From: an uncultured Thermoplasmatales archaeon
GTDB lineage: Archaea > Thermoplasmatota > SW-10-69-26
Assembly (NCBI GenBank): GCA_964396185.1
Contig: CAYNEI010000005.1
Location: 19,842 to 83,841, forward strand
Direction: 5' to 3'
DNA: 64,000 nucleotides
Within the stretch, counting starts at the first letter, position 1. Every line of letters starts with the position of its first letter. The translations under genes and the position numbers were made by a program. Positions 1-10,387 of this stretch are shown here, one piece after another. Under the pieces are notes generated by a model. It had not been told where the DNA came from, did no database searches, and worked only from the letters and a program-made list of their open reading frames with translations.

Positions 1-582
1 CAACCCTTCTCCCACAAGCTCGCTGGCGTCTTCTGCCCCGACCAGCTCAAGGCATGCCGGGTTCACGTAGAGGATCGTCTCCCCGTCGTGGACGAGGATC
101 GGCTCAGGGGAGAGCTCGACCAAGCGCCGGTACCGGTCCTTGGTCGCTTGCAGCTCGATGCGGTCCGATTCCCAGTCGCTCACGTCGCTGGCCACCGCGA
201 CGATGAGCCTCTTCCCCCCGTGCTCCACGGTGCGGGCTGTGAGCTCCACCGGGAACGTGGTCCCGTCCTTGCGCTCATGGAGGGACATGGCCGCCTCGGT
301 CTCCCCTTCCTCCAGGGCCCGTTCCAAGAGCGCCTTGGGTCCGTGAGCGCCCATCTCGTCGACGTAGATCTGCTCGAAGGGCTGGCCCGTGAGCTCATCC
401 AGCTCGTAGCCCAGGGCCTCGAGCGCTGCCCTGTTCGCGTGCACGAGGTCGCCTGAGGCGCTGTCGAGCACGTAGACGGGCTCTGCGATGCCCTCGAAAA
501 CCGCCCGCCAGAGCCCATCTTCTCCAGAGGGGCCAGCCTCTGGGGAGGCTCCGCTGGCCCGGGCCGGGTCCCTGGAGACCAT
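1..582 (-). CDS. PAS-domain sensor protein, N-terminal part (runs off the left edge)
   Basis: Manual translation from the ATG at 582 is open to position 1: MVSRDP...VFEGIAEPVYVLD...VHANRAALEALGYELDELTGQ...HERKDGTTFPVEL...RYRRLVELSPEPILVHDGETILYVNPA. This gives two PAS S-box motifs. Not in the ORF track. Confidence 0.8.
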   Translation of the reverse strand, partial: MVSRDPARASGASPEAGPSGEDGLWRAVFEGIAEPVYVLDSASGDLVHANRAALEALGYELDELTGQPFEQIYVDEMGAHGPKALLERALEEGETEAAMSLHERKDGTTFPVELTARTVEHGGKRLIVAVASDVSDWESDRIELQATKDRYRRLVELSPEPILVHDGETILYVNPACLELVGAEDASELVGEGL

Positions 583-651
583 ACAACCGGGGATTGAGTC
601 CCATAGCTACATAAGGGTGAGGGCGAGGCCTACGCAGATTATCGCGGCAGC

Positions 652-1152
652 CTATGAGATCTCGAAGATGAGATCGCGGGCTTCGACGACCGCTCCTGGC
701 TTGGTGTGGACGCGGTTCACGGTCCCTGGCTTCGGGGCCTCGATGGTGGACTGCATCTTCATGGCCTCGAGCACCGCGAGCTTGTCGCCGGCCTCCACGG
801 TCTCACCCTCCTCGACGGCGACCTCGATGATCTTGCCGGCCATGGGAGGTCGAACGGCGCCCTCTGCCTCCACGAGGGTCTCGTGCTCCCCGGGAGCACC
901 CCCGGGTTCGAAGCGTTCGATCCCGAAGACGATGCGTCGTCCGTCGACGCGGGCGGCCTGGTCGTCGAGGACCTCGACCTCGACCTCGCGTCCGTCGAGT
1001 TGCACACGCACGCGACCCCCCGGGCCGCGCTGGACGGTGGCTTCATGCATCTGGCCATCCACCTCGACCTCGACGGAGGCTTCGGTTCGAACGAGCCAAA
1101 CGTCGTGCTCGGTCCGGTGGTCGGCGGTCTGGATGGTGAGCTCAAGGTGCAT
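652..1152 (-). CDS. Biotin carboxyl carrier protein (biotinyl domain)
   Basis: EAMKM biotinylation motif; directly downstream of the biotin carboxylase. Confidence 0.9.
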   Translation of the reverse strand: MHLELTIQTADHRTEHDVWLVRTEASVEVEVDGQMHEATVQRGPGGRVRVQLDGREVEVEVLDDQAARVDGRRIVFGIERFEPGGAPGEHETLVEAEGAVRPPMAGKIIEVAVEEGETVEAGDKLAVLEAMKMQSTIEAPKPGTVNRVHTKPGAVVEARDLIFEIS

Positions 1153-2649
1153 TCAGGCTCCCCTCCCAGGCTCGTCGAGGCGCTCGGGGCGTTGGTGGCG
1201 ATGGGCCAGCGAGCCCAGCCCGCCCCTGGGCGCCATGGCCAGGGCAGCGGAGAGGGCTGCAGCCCGGATCCGGGCCTCCTCGGCCAGTTGTTCGCCTTCG
1301 CGTTCGAGGGCTTCCAGCAACCCGCGTTCCTCCAGGAAGCGCGTGGAGAGGTCCCCCTCTCGGAAGGCTTCGTCTGCCAGGATGCGGCGGTGAAGCGGCA
1401 AGTTCGTGGTGGTCCCGATGCGCGTGGTCGCCACAGCACTGGAGATGCGCGCGATGGCTTGGTCGCGGTCGCGTCCCCACGCGATGACTTTGGCCAAGAG
1501 CGAGTCGTAGTCTGAGGGGACCGTCCAGCCCGTCTGGATCCCATCATCGATACGGATGCCTGGACCCGCGGCCGGCTCGTAGTGGGAGATCGTCCCGAAG
1601 CGGGGCAGGAACCCGGCGTACGGGTCCTCTGCGTTGACCCGCACCTCGATGGCGTGCCCGTCCAAGACCACGTCGTCCTGGGTGAAGCCGAGAGGCTCAC
1701 CGGCTGCGACCCGGAGCTGAGCGTGGACCAAGTCGATGCCGGTGACGAGCTCGGTGACCGGGTGCTCGACCTGGAGGCGCGTGTTCATCTCGTTGAAGAA
1801 GATCTCGCCATCCTGGTAGAGGAACTCCAGGGTCCCAGCGTTCGTGTAGCCACCGGCCTCGGCCAGCCGGACGGCCATCTCCCCGAGCTCGGCTCGCTGC
1901 TCTGCATCGAGCACGGTGCTCGGTGCCTCCTCCACGAGCTTCTGGTGGCGGCGCTGGATGCTGCACTCGCGCTCGCCCAAGTGGACCACGGCCCCATCGG
2001 CTGCTCCGATGACCTGGACCTCCAGGTGCCTGGGGCGCTCCAGGAAGCGCTCGAGGAAGAGATCCCCGTTGCCGAAGGCGGATCGGGCCTGCTCGCTGGC
2101 CGACTCGAAGGCTTGCTCGACCTCGTCAGCACCTCGGACCACCCGCATCCCCATGCCTCCGCCACCGGCCGCGGCCTTGAGCATGACGGGGTAACCGACC
2201 TCGTCGGCGATGCCACGGGCCTCCTTCGGGCTTGCAAGGGCGCCCTTGCTGCCTGGGGAGACGGGCACGTCCTGCTCGATGGCGAGTTGCCGGGCCTGCA
2301 CTTTGTCGCCCAGGGCACGCATGGCCTCTGGGCTGGGGCCCACGAAGGTGATCCCGGCGTCCAGGCAGGCCTGAGCGAAGTCCGCGTTCTCGGAGAGGAA
2401 CCCGTACCCGGGGTGGATGGCCTCGGCCCCGGTCTGTTCGGCTGCCGCCAGGATGGCCTCCTGGTCGAGGTAGGACTGGGAGGCCGGGGGCGGACCGATG
2501 CGCACCGCTTGGTCGGCCTCGTCTACGAAGGGTGCCGAGGCGTCGGCATCGGAGTAGACGGCCACGGTGCGGACGCCGAGCTCCCGGCACGCGCGCAGCA
2601 CGCGGCGGGCGATCTCGCCCCGGTTGGCCACGAGGACGGTCTCGAACAT
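1153..2649 (-). CDS. accC: Biotin carboxylase subunit of acetyl/propionyl-CoA carboxylase
   Basis: VLVANRGEIA, HPGYGFLSEN, GGGGMGM, ERECSIQRRHQK and EMNTRLQVEHPVTE motifs. Confidence 0.93.
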   Translation of the reverse strand: MFETVLVANRGEIARRVLRACRELGVRTVAVYSDADASAPFVDEADQAVRIGPPPASQSYLDQEAILAAAEQTGAEAIHPGYGFLSENADFAQACLDAGITFVGPSPEAMRALGDKVQARQLAIEQDVPVSPGSKGALASPKEARGIADEVGYPVMLKAAAGGGGMGMRVVRGADEVEQAFESASEQARSAFGNGDLFLERFLERPRHLEVQVIGAADGAVVHLGERECSIQRRHQKLVEEAPSTVLDAEQRAELGEMAVRLAEAGGYTNAGTLEFLYQDGEIFFNEMNTRLQVEHPVTELVTGIDLVHAQLRVAAGEPLGFTQDDVVLDGHAIEVRVNAEDPYAGFLPRFGTISHYEPAAGPGIRIDDGIQTGWTVPSDYDSLLAKVIAWGRDRDQAIARISSAVATTRIGTTTNLPLHRRILADEAFREGDLSTRFLEERGLLEALEREGEQLAEEARIRAAALSAALAMAPRGGLGSLAHRHQRPERLDEPGRGA

Positions 2650-2710
2650 GCGTGCAGGGACGAAGGGGGAGCAGGAGAAAAGCCTGACCCTTCGCCGGCT
2701 GCCGGTGCAG

Positions 2711-3478
2711 CTACTCTGACTCGGAGCCGGCGATCTCCTGGAACGAGAACCAGGCAGCCGCGCCCGCCGAGGCCAACGCGGCGAACACGCCCAGGATGAG
2801 CACGCTGGTCGCGGTGCTGGCCGCGACGCCCGCGAGGAACTCGCTGGCCAGGAAGCCCTGGACGAGTTGCTCCTGGATGCCGATCGATCGCAGGTAGAAG
2901 GCCACGGTCCACTGCCGGAAGATCAGAGGCGTGCTGGCCACGGCCCCCTCCCAGGCCACGATGTAGAGGATGCCCACGAGCAGGCCTCGTTTGGTGGCCG
3001 TTCCCAGAAGCGCGAAGAGCGGTGTGTAGACCAAGGCGGCCAGCAGGGTGAGCTGCAGGGATCCGATCCAGGGGTCGGCTGCGATGTCCCCGAGCAACGG
3101 GTAGGGTAGGGTGACGGCGACGGCCCCGAGCAGCGCGGTCGCGGTGATCGCAGCGGCCAAGCGGGCCAGTATGATGGTGACTCTTGGTACCGGGCTGGTC
3201 ACGAGGTGGACGACGGTGCCGTCCTCGAGCTCGGATCGGATGACACCGATGCCCAGGATCAAGGCGAGGATCGGCACGACGAGGCCCAGCCCCACGATGT
3301 AGAAGATCGGCTCCACCTCGGCGGTGCTTGGGGCGGGTCCAGCCAGGAACGTGAGCGCGAGGGTCAAAGCGGCTGGAGCGAGCGCGACCAGGGAGAGCCC
3401 GATGAGCCTGCGGCCTCGCAGGGCCTGGCGCAGGGCGTGGGTGTAGAGGGCGATGGGGGCCGAGGCGGCCTGGGTCAT
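2711..3478 (-). CDS. ABC-2 type transporter permease
   Basis: About six hydrophobic segments, ELEDGT motif; start overlaps the upstream ATPase stop. Confidence 0.8.
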   Translation of the reverse strand: MTQAASAPIALYTHALRQALRGRRLIGLSLVALAPAALTLALTFLAGPAPSTAEVEPIFYIVGLGLVVPILALILGIGVIRSELEDGTVVHLVTSPVPRVTIILARLAAAITATALLGAVAVTLPYPLLGDIAADPWIGSLQLTLLAALVYTPLFALLGTATKRGLLVGILYIVAWEGAVASTPLIFRQWTVAFYLRSIGIQEQLVQGFLASEFLAGVAASTATSVLILGVFAALASAGAAAWFSFQEIAGSESE

Positions 3479-4407
3479 GGTTCACCTCCACCGCGTGTGA
3501 GGTAGCGGAAGACGGCTTGCAGGTTGTCATCGGGGCTTGTGAGCTCGCGCACCTCGAAGCCCGAGTCGAGCAACTCGTTCTGGAGGCGCTCGTAGAAACT
3601 CTCAGGGGCGCGGGTCTCGGCGACCAGCTCGCCGTCCTCCACGCGCACGCGGACGACATCGTCCCAGGTGACCAGCGTGCTGGCCAGCTCCCGGGGGCGG
3701 TCGACAGCCACGCGAACGTGGTGGGGGTGGCGGTCCATGAGCGTGCGGATCTCGTGGATGTCACCCGTGGCCACGACGTGACCGCCGACCAGCACGGCGA
3801 TCTCGCTGGTGAGCGCCTCAACCTCGTGGAGGACGTGGCTGGAGAACAGGATGTTGACGCCGGTGGATGAAAGCTCGTGGAGCAGGGCCATCATCTCGCG
3901 GCGTCCCACTGGGTCCAGGCCCGTGAACGGCTCGTCGAGGAGCAGGAGCTCTGGCCCGGTCACGAGCGCCATGGCGATCTTGAGTCGCTGGCGCATGCCA
4001 CGCGAGTAGCCTCCGACGCGCCGGTGGGCGGCCTCGGTGAGCTTGACGCGCTCGAGCCGGGGCTCGGCCATCTGCACCGCGTCGCGTCTGCTGTGGCCGT
4101 GCAGACGAGCAGCCAGGGCGACGTGGTCGGCACCGTTCATCCACTCCCACAGGGCCAGGGTCTCGGGCACGAAGGCGATGCGCTCGTGCAGGGCGGGGTT
4201 GCACCAGGGGGTCTCGCCGAGCACGCGGATGTCCCCTTGGCTGGGCTTGAGCTGGCCTGTGGCCAGATGCAGCATGGTCGTCTTGCCCGCGCCGTTGGGG
4301 CCGAGTAGGCCGGTCAACCCCGAGCCGATCTCGAGGCTCACATCGTTGAGGGCGATGACGTCCCCGTACCACTTGGACAGCTCGGTGGTGCGGATGACCG
4401 GCGTCAT
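3475..4407 (-). CDS. ABC transporter ATP-binding protein
   Basis: Walker A GPNGAGKT, signature YSRGMRQR, Walker B LLLLDEP. Start set at ATG 4407 (ATGA overlap with the permease stop) rather than 4758. Confidence 0.9.
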   Translation of the reverse strand: MTPVIRTTELSKWYGDVIALNDVSLEIGSGLTGLLGPNGAGKTTMLHLATGQLKPSQGDIRVLGETPWCNPALHERIAFVPETLALWEWMNGADHVALAARLHGHSRRDAVQMAEPRLERVKLTEAAHRRVGGYSRGMRQRLKIAMALVTGPELLLLDEPFTGLDPVGRREMMALLHELSSTGVNILFSSHVLHEVEALTSEIAVLVGGHVVATGDIHEIRTLMDRHPHHVRVAVDRPRELASTLVTWDDVVRVRVEDGELVAETRAPESFYERLQNELLDSGFEVRELTSPDDNLQAVFRYLTRGGGEP

Positions 4408-5273
4408 GGGCCCACCTCGGCTCGTGAGAGGAACAGGGTCACGCCACCCGCCCCGGCCACCAGCCAGGCCAACGCGATGGTCCAGGCATCGGCTTGCGGC
4501 AGGCTCGAGCCGGCAGCGCCGATCAGATCGCGCGTGACGCGGTCGAGCACGCCGAAGAGATCGATGAGCCCGACGTCGCTGCGGCCCGTGATCTCCTCGA
4601 GCAGGCGCGCGCCCGCCGCTGTGAGCAACGCAAGCGCCACCCAGGCGGCCCCGGCGACGGTTTCGTTGGCCACGAGACCACTGATCGCCAGCGCGATGCT
4701 GGCCGTGATCAGGCTCACCAGCAACCCCGCCACCACGAGCATGAAGGGGATGAGCCACACATCTGCCGGGTAGAGCTGCTCCGGGGTGAAGGCGACGCCG
4801 AGCACCCAGAGGATGAGCATCGGGAGGGCTGTGACGGTCAGGCCGAGCAGGACCGGTGGGGCCAGCTTGCCCGCCACGTACCCGGGCACGCTCAGCGGCT
4901 TGCTGAAGTAGAACTGGAGGGCCCCGGCTCGTTGGTCGCCGGCCAGGGCAGGCGAGGCGACAAGCGCGAGCAGGATCATGAGGATCCAGCGTGCCTGGAA
5001 GGCCATGGCATCCGCCAGGAACCCACTGCTGAACATGATCTGGTCCCGCACCCCCGGGGGGATGGTCCCCTCGGGCACGGTCACTTGGCCTGTGAAGTAG
5101 AGGATACCGCCACGGATGGCGACGTGGAGCAGCGTGCCCACGAGCAGCACCCAGACCAGGCGCAGTCGCATGGCTTGCCGCAACCCCTGCTCAGCGATGA
5201 CCACGGGGCGCATGCCACTCGGGGTGCGCTCACCGTCCCAGGGGCGATACGAGCGATCGTACACGGGGCTCAT
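4404..5273 (-). CDS. ABC-2 type transporter permease
   Basis: Multi-TM protein with the LAGDQRAGALQFYFSKP...YVAGK motif; lies between two ABC ATPases. Confidence 0.82.
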   Translation of the reverse strand: MSPVYDRSYRPWDGERTPSGMRPVVIAEQGLRQAMRLRLVWVLLVGTLLHVAIRGGILYFTGQVTVPEGTIPPGVRDQIMFSSGFLADAMAFQARWILMILLALVASPALAGDQRAGALQFYFSKPLSVPGYVAGKLAPPVLLGLTVTALPMLILWVLGVAFTPEQLYPADVWLIPFMLVVAGLLVSLITASIALAISGLVANETVAGAAWVALALLTAAGARLLEEITGRSDVGLIDLFGVLDRVTRDLIGAAGSSLPQADAWTIALAWLVAGAGGVTLFLSRAEVGP

Positions 5274-6226
5274 CGGCCCGCCTCCTCGTCTAGCGCGGCT
5301 ACGAGCGCATCCTCTAGGCTGGAGCGTGCGGGTTCCAGGTGACGGACTTGGACACCGGCTTGGCTGGCCGCCTCCAGCACGCGGCGAGGGCCGCCCTCCC
5401 CGCTGAGCCGTACAACGCGCAGGCCCTCCGGGGTTCGCTCGACCTCGCCGCCTCGGGCCGCCAGGGCCTCATCGAAGCCCTCCCCGCGGCCACGGATGCG
5501 CACGAGGTAGGTCTCCTTGCGAACCGCCTTGAGCTCATCCAGGGTCGCGTTGGCCACCGCCTCGCCCTCTTCGAGCACCAAGGCACCGTCGCAGACGCGC
5601 TCCACCTCGGGCAGCACGTGGCTGGCCAGCAGCATGGCGATCCCGTGATCGCGGGCTAACGCGGCGACCAGGTCGAGCATCTCGTTGCGGCCATCCGGGT
5701 CCAGGCCGTTGGTCGGCTCATCCAGGAAGATGAGATCCGGGTCGTGGACGATGGCTTGGGCCAGCTTGGCGCGCTGACGCATCCCTTGGCTGTAGCCGTC
5801 CACCGGCCGGTACCGCGCCTCCTCGATGCCCACGAAGTTCAACGCCTCATGTGCCCGCTGCTTGGCATCCGTGGCCGGCAGCCCACTGAGCCGGCCAGCG
5901 TACGCGACGAACCGAACGCCTGTCAGACCCGGGACGTAGGCGTCCCGCTCAGGCACGAAGCCGATGCGCTCGCGCACCTGGCGGGCCTCGTAGGCCGGGT
6001 TCAGGCCGAGCACGCTTGCACTGCCGCGGGTCGCATCGGCCAGACCGAGCAACAAGCGGATGAGCGTGGTCTTGCCCGCCCCGTTCGGGCCCAGCAAGCC
6101 CCAGACCCCACGGGGGATCTCCACGGTCAGCGGGCCGACGGCACGCACAGGACCGTAGTCCTTGACGAGTCCCTCGGTGGTGATGACGGGCTCGGGCACG
6201 TGCCCCCCAACGGTGGCGCCTGGCAA
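5270..6226 (-). CDS. ABC transporter ATP-binding protein
   Basis: GPNGAGKT, YSQGMRQR, IFLDEPTNGLDP; the true start may be the GTG about 27 nt inside. Confidence 0.9.
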   Translation of the reverse strand: MPGATVGGHVPEPVITTEGLVKDYGPVRAVGPLTVEIPRGVWGLLGPNGAGKTTLIRLLLGLADATRGSASVLGLNPAYEARQVRERIGFVPERDAYVPGLTGVRFVAYAGRLSGLPATDAKQRAHEALNFVGIEEARYRPVDGYSQGMRQRAKLAQAIVHDPDLIFLDEPTNGLDPDGRNEMLDLVAALARDHGIAMLLASHVLPEVERVCDGALVLEEGEAVANATLDELKAVRKETYLVRIRGRGEGFDEALAARGGEVERTPEGLRVVRLSGEGGPRRVLEAASQAGVQVRHLEPARSSLEDALVAALDEEAGR

Positions 6227-6253
6227 AACCGTTGTTCTTCGCTGCAGACGCGT

Positions 6254-7003
6254 TCAACCGCGTCTTGCAGCCAGGTAGACCGCGACGCCTGCTGCCAGGC
6301 CCATGAGCGCTGGGACGAGGATGAGATCCGGGTTGGGGATGATGCCTGCAAGCAGCTCGTCCTGGTAGGCAGCGTACAAGAGGATGGCTGCACCCCCCAC
6401 CAGGCCTGTCACGGCGAGCAGGCGGGCCACCCCGGTGGTGGTGGCCTCAAGAGCGACGGAGAGGTTGGCGGCGCCAACCCGTTGTTCGCGAAGCTGGCCG
6501 AGCACGTTCTCGCGCGCGCTCAGCACGACCTCGGCCGTCGCGATGGCCACCATGGTGGCTGCGACCACCCAGGCGCTCGTGGGCGGTGTGACCGTCTCTT
6601 GGCGGATCTCGCTGAACACTTGGGCCCAGGGGACTTGGGCGTACGGGAACAGGAACCACCCGGCGGTCCCAACCACGAGCAGCGCGAACGCGCTGCCGCT
6701 GCGCTGGCCCACCAAGTGGGTGCCGATGGCCAGCACGAACGCGGTGAGCCCGATGCTCACCAGGGCCATGGTGACCGGTTCGGGGCCCAGCTCGGCCAGG
6801 GGGCCAGGCAGGATGCCGGCGACCCCAGCCAGGGTCTCGCGTGCAGCTGCGAGGTCATCGGAGACGGTCTTGGCAAGATAGACCGCCAGCAACGCGTAGG
6901 CCACAGCAGTGGCCACCCGCCGGGCCACGGGCCCGATGACCCCGAACGCGGCGGTGGCTTGAGGGCCTGGATCGAGACGCGTGAAGGCCGGCGCATCAGC
7001 CAC
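6254..7003 (-). CDS. Hypothetical membrane protein (MoxR/DUF58 locus)
   Basis: About six hydrophobic segments; overlaps the DUF58 stop. Confidence 0.7.
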   Translation of the reverse strand: MADAPAFTRLDPGPQATAAFGVIGPVARRVATAVAYALLAVYLAKTVSDDLAAARETLAGVAGILPGPLAELGPEPVTMALVSIGLTAFVLAIGTHLVGQRSGSAFALLVVGTAGWFLFPYAQVPWAQVFSEIRQETVTPPTSAWVVAATMVAIATAEVVLSARENVLGQLREQRVGAANLSVALEATTTGVARLLAVTGLVGGAAILLYAAYQDELLAGIIPNPDLILVPALMGLAAGVAVYLAARRG

Positions 7004-8291
7004 GGGAGATCACCCCACGGAACAGCAGGCGTTCCAAGGGCTCGGTCTCCGGGTTCCATGGGAGCACGACGGCCCCGAGGCGCCGCAACCGTTGGTGGCG
7101 TGTGCGGGCAAGGTGGTCCAGCAGCCGTGCCGTGGCCTTGGTCGACTCGCCGCCAGGGACGAGGTGGAAGGCCTGTGGCTCGAGCACGATCATGGGGCGC
7201 TTGCGGTTCGGGGTGAGAGCCCGCAACCGGCGAAGGGCCGCTTCGAGCTGCTCGGTGCCCACCTCGGTGCGCGTGATGAAGATGACCATGGGCGAGGAGG
7301 CCACGAGCCAGGATCGACACCGCATCACCGCTTCCAGGGCCCCCTCACCGGCAGGTGCCGGCTCCAAACGCGCCAGCAGCCGTTGGATCTTGAGGAACTG
7401 CTTCTGGCCGACATCCGGGTAGAGGGGCTCGACGCCCTCGGCGTTGTAGGCGTACATCCCGATGCGGTAGCCCCGGTCGAGGTAGGCCAGCGCGAGCCCG
7501 CTGGCGGCTTGGATGGCCACCTCGAAACCGTTCTCCACGCTCGTGCCGACGGCCATGTGGGTCCCGGCGTCGAGGAAGAACCAGACCGCTTTGCGGCCCT
7601 CGACCTCGTACTCGTTGACCAGGGGCATGTCGATGGCGGGACCGTGGCGAGCCGTGGCCTTCCAGTTCACCGAGCGCGGGGGGTCGCCCCAGCGGTACTC
7701 GCGTAGCTCCCGGAAGTCCGTGGTCTTGAGCCCGACACGGCCGATGTCCTCGTTGGGAGCGATGGTGGCCGCGGTGCCTCGCATGGCACGCAGCCGGCGC
7801 ACAGGGATAAGGCCCGGGTGCACCTCCAGCTCGCTGGGCTCCCCCAGGGTCTCACTGGGCGGTGCTCTCAGGCCCGCCAGGGAGAGGGGACTGGCTTCCA
7901 CAGGCCCCAGTTGGAAGCGCCCCCGTTTGGCGGCTCGCACGCGAAGCGAGCGCGTGTGCTCCTGGCGCCCCTTGGCGGTCCGGATGAGGTGCGTGTTCGT
8001 GCCTGAGACGAGATCGAACTCGGGCGGGAGATGTAGGTGGATGGCCACCACGCCAGCAGGGCCACTGGTGGTGAGCACCACGTCGATGTCGAGCACGTCC
8101 CCGGCGCGTGCTTGAGCGCTGGCTTGGATGACCGCCCCGTCCACCGTGGGGGTGGCTTCGAACGCGCCGAGGATGAAGGCGGTGAGCGGGAGCGCGGTGA
8201 GGCTGAGGACCACGGGGTTGGCACTCGCCAGGCCCAGGGTGAACAGCGCCGTGGCGGCGACGAGCAAGCCGTGGGCAGAGCGCGTGAGCAT
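6996..8291 (-). CDS. DUF58 domain protein (vWA-like MoxR partner)
   Basis: DFRELREYRWGDPPRSVNWKATAR motif, N-terminal TM segments, adjacent to MoxR. Confidence 0.88.
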   Translation of the reverse strand: MLTRSAHGLLVAATALFTLGLASANPVVLSLTALPLTAFILGAFEATPTVDGAVIQASAQARAGDVLDIDVVLTTSGPAGVVAIHLHLPPEFDLVSGTNTHLIRTAKGRQEHTRSLRVRAAKRGRFQLGPVEASPLSLAGLRAPPSETLGEPSELEVHPGLIPVRRLRAMRGTAATIAPNEDIGRVGLKTTDFRELREYRWGDPPRSVNWKATARHGPAIDMPLVNEYEVEGRKAVWFFLDAGTHMAVGTSVENGFEVAIQAASGLALAYLDRGYRIGMYAYNAEGVEPLYPDVGQKQFLKIQRLLARLEPAPAGEGALEAVMRCRSWLVASSPMVIFITRTEVGTEQLEAALRRLRALTPNRKRPMIVLEPQAFHLVPGGESTKATARLLDHLARTRHQRLRRLGAVVLPWNPETEPLERLLFRGVISRG

Positions 8292-8294
8292 CGC

Positions 8295-9266
8295 TTAGGC
8301 ATCCCCGCGGGAGAAGGCTGTCGGCGGTTCCACCCCTCGCAGGACCTCCTGGATGACAGCCTCGTCGGTGACCCCTTCGAGCACGTGCTCCATGTCCAGG
8401 ATAACGCGGTGGGCCAGCGCGTCGGTTGCCAGGGTCTTGACATCGTCGGGCGTGACGAAATCGCGGCCTCGAAGCAGCGCGAGCGCGCGGCCCAAGCGAA
8501 GGAGCGCAAGGTCGCCGCGCGGGCTGGGACCGACCTCCACGGCAGGGTGCTCGCGCGTCGAGCGCACGATCTTGCCGATGTAGTCGAGCACGGCGTCGTG
8601 GATGAACACGCGGCTCTCGACGACATCCTGGAGTTTCCCGAAGGCATCCCTGCTCAGCACGGGCGTGACATCTTGGGTCGGATCGTCCTTGCTCCAGCTG
8701 ATCCGGCGTTTCATGATCTGCCTCTCCTCGGCCAGCGATGGGGGGTAGCCCATGCGCAGGCGCAGCAGGAACCGGTCCATCTGGGCCTCCGGCAAGGGGT
8801 AGGTGCCCTCTTGCTCGATGGGGTTCTGGGTGGCGAGCACGAAGAAGGGGGCAGGGATGGGCATGGTGTTGCCCTCGATGGTGACCTGGCGCTCTTCCAT
8901 GGACTCAAGCAACGCCGATTGCGTCTTGGGGGGTGCCCGGTTGATCTCATCGGCCAGCAGCACGTTGGTGAACACGGGGCCCAGGTTGAGCCGGAAGTCG
9001 CCTGACTTGGGGTTGTAGATGTTCGTGCCGATGATGTCGGCTGGCAGGATGTCCGGCGTGAACTGGATCCGCGCGAAATCGCACCCGACCGTCCGGGCGA
9101 ACACCTTGACGAGCAGCGTCTTGCCCAGGCCGGGGTAGTCCTCGAAGAGCACGTGACCGTTGGCCAGTGACGCGGCGAGCAGTTTCTCCACCACATCGCT
9201 GTGGCCGACGAACACCGACGAGACCGCGCGTCGGATCTCGCTGCACTTCTTAGCGATGCGGTTCAC
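8295..9266 (-). CDS. moxR: MoxR family AAA+ ATPase
   Basis: HVLFEDYPGLGKT, RIQFTPDILPADIIG, LLADEINRAPPKTQSALL, ATQNPIEQEGTYPLPEAQMDRF. Confidence 0.93.
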   Translation of the reverse strand: MNRIAKKCSEIRRAVSSVFVGHSDVVEKLLAASLANGHVLFEDYPGLGKTLLVKVFARTVGCDFARIQFTPDILPADIIGTNIYNPKSGDFRLNLGPVFTNVLLADEINRAPPKTQSALLESMEERQVTIEGNTMPIPAPFFVLATQNPIEQEGTYPLPEAQMDRFLLRLRMGYPPSLAEERQIMKRRISWSKDDPTQDVTPVLSRDAFGKLQDVVESRVFIHDAVLDYIGKIVRSTREHPAVEVGPSPRGDLALLRLGRALALLRGRDFVTPDDVKTLATDALAHRVILDMEHVLEGVTDEAVIQEVLRGVEPPTAFSRGDA

Positions 9267-10387
9267 TCGAGGCGGCCTCCCTCGAGCCTAGGAACCCTGC
9301 CCGACGTATCGAGCACTTCGAGGATGCGGCGGTTGACCTCCACTCGCCGTCGCCGCTGGGCCTTCGCGCGCACGCGGCCCCGGGTCAGGGTGACGTAGGC
9401 TGCTGCGAGCTCAGCAGCTAGGAAGCCAGCCACCGTGGCGAAACCGATCACCGCGATGCGGTACGGCGTCTCCACCGGCCAGCCCATGGCCCCGAAGAGC
9501 GCGGAGACGAGCGGTTCGAACGGGAAGAGCACGATGCCTGCAAGCAGCGTTACCAGAAAAGCGCGTCGCAACGTCGTGAACTCCCCTTCCAGCTCGGCCT
9601 CCACCACGTGCCAGGGGTCGCCCTGGAAGGCGTGGAAGGCCACGAAGAGGCCCGTGCCCGCAGCCAGGCCGAGGCTCAGGATCTGGAGCACGATCCACCC
9701 TCCACCGTACGTGGTGGAGAGCTGGATCCCCGCGAAGAACACGAGCCCAGCGCCGAAGAGGCCCAGGCCAAGGGTTCCCCACCGGGATTTGGCTTTCGCC
9801 ACCCGGAACTCCAGCACCCAGGCACCCACGCCAACCACAGCGAGCACCGGGTAGAACACAGGCGCCCCAAGCCCAGCGAGCAGGACGCCGATCATGGCTG
9901 CGATCCCGGTGATCACGATGGCGCCCGAAGCCACAGCGAGGCCAGGGGCTCGGCGGGTTCCCTGGGGCGTGCTCGCTGTCTCCTCGGCCGCTGCCACCAA
10001 GCCAGTGATCTCTCCCTCCTGAACGTTCTTGGCTTGGAGGGCCACGCGCACGAGGTCCGCGTACTGCGCCGTCCATCTCCCGTGGTCGACGAACGCCTCG
10101 ACGGCGTGGTGGACGCGCTTGTACGCATCATCGACCAAGGGTTCGGCCCGTTGCTCATGGGGCGCGAGGTCCTGTGTGATCGGGTCCGAGGTCCCAGCGA
10201 TCAGGCGGCCGATGTCCACCAGGAGAGCGAAGAGCAGGATGCCGAGGCCGAACCGCGCTGCCACCAAGGCGCCTGCTTCGAGATCGCCCTGGACGGCGAG
10301 GTACATGAGCAGGGCCACTGCAGCCCCGAGCAGGCGCAGCAGGAGCCCCGAGAGTGGGGGGGTCTCAACCCGGTCGAGGACCGCCAT
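9263..10387 (-). CDS. Hypothetical multi-pass membrane protein
   Basis: About eight TM segments; overlaps both neighbours in the operon. Confidence 0.7.
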   Translation of the reverse strand: MAVLDRVETPPLSGLLLRLLGAAVALLMYLAVQGDLEAGALVAARFGLGILLFALLVDIGRLIAGTSDPITQDLAPHEQRAEPLVDDAYKRVHHAVEAFVDHGRWTAQYADLVRVALQAKNVQEGEITGLVAAAEETASTPQGTRRAPGLAVASGAIVITGIAAMIGVLLAGLGAPVFYPVLAVVGVGAWVLEFRVAKAKSRWGTLGLGLFGAGLVFFAGIQLSTTYGGGWIVLQILSLGLAAGTGLFVAFHAFQGDPWHVVEAELEGEFTTLRRAFLVTLLAGIVLFPFEPLVSALFGAMGWPVETPYRIAVIGFATVAGFLAAELAAAYVTLTRGRVRAKAQRRRRVEVNRRILEVLDTSGRVPRLEGGRLE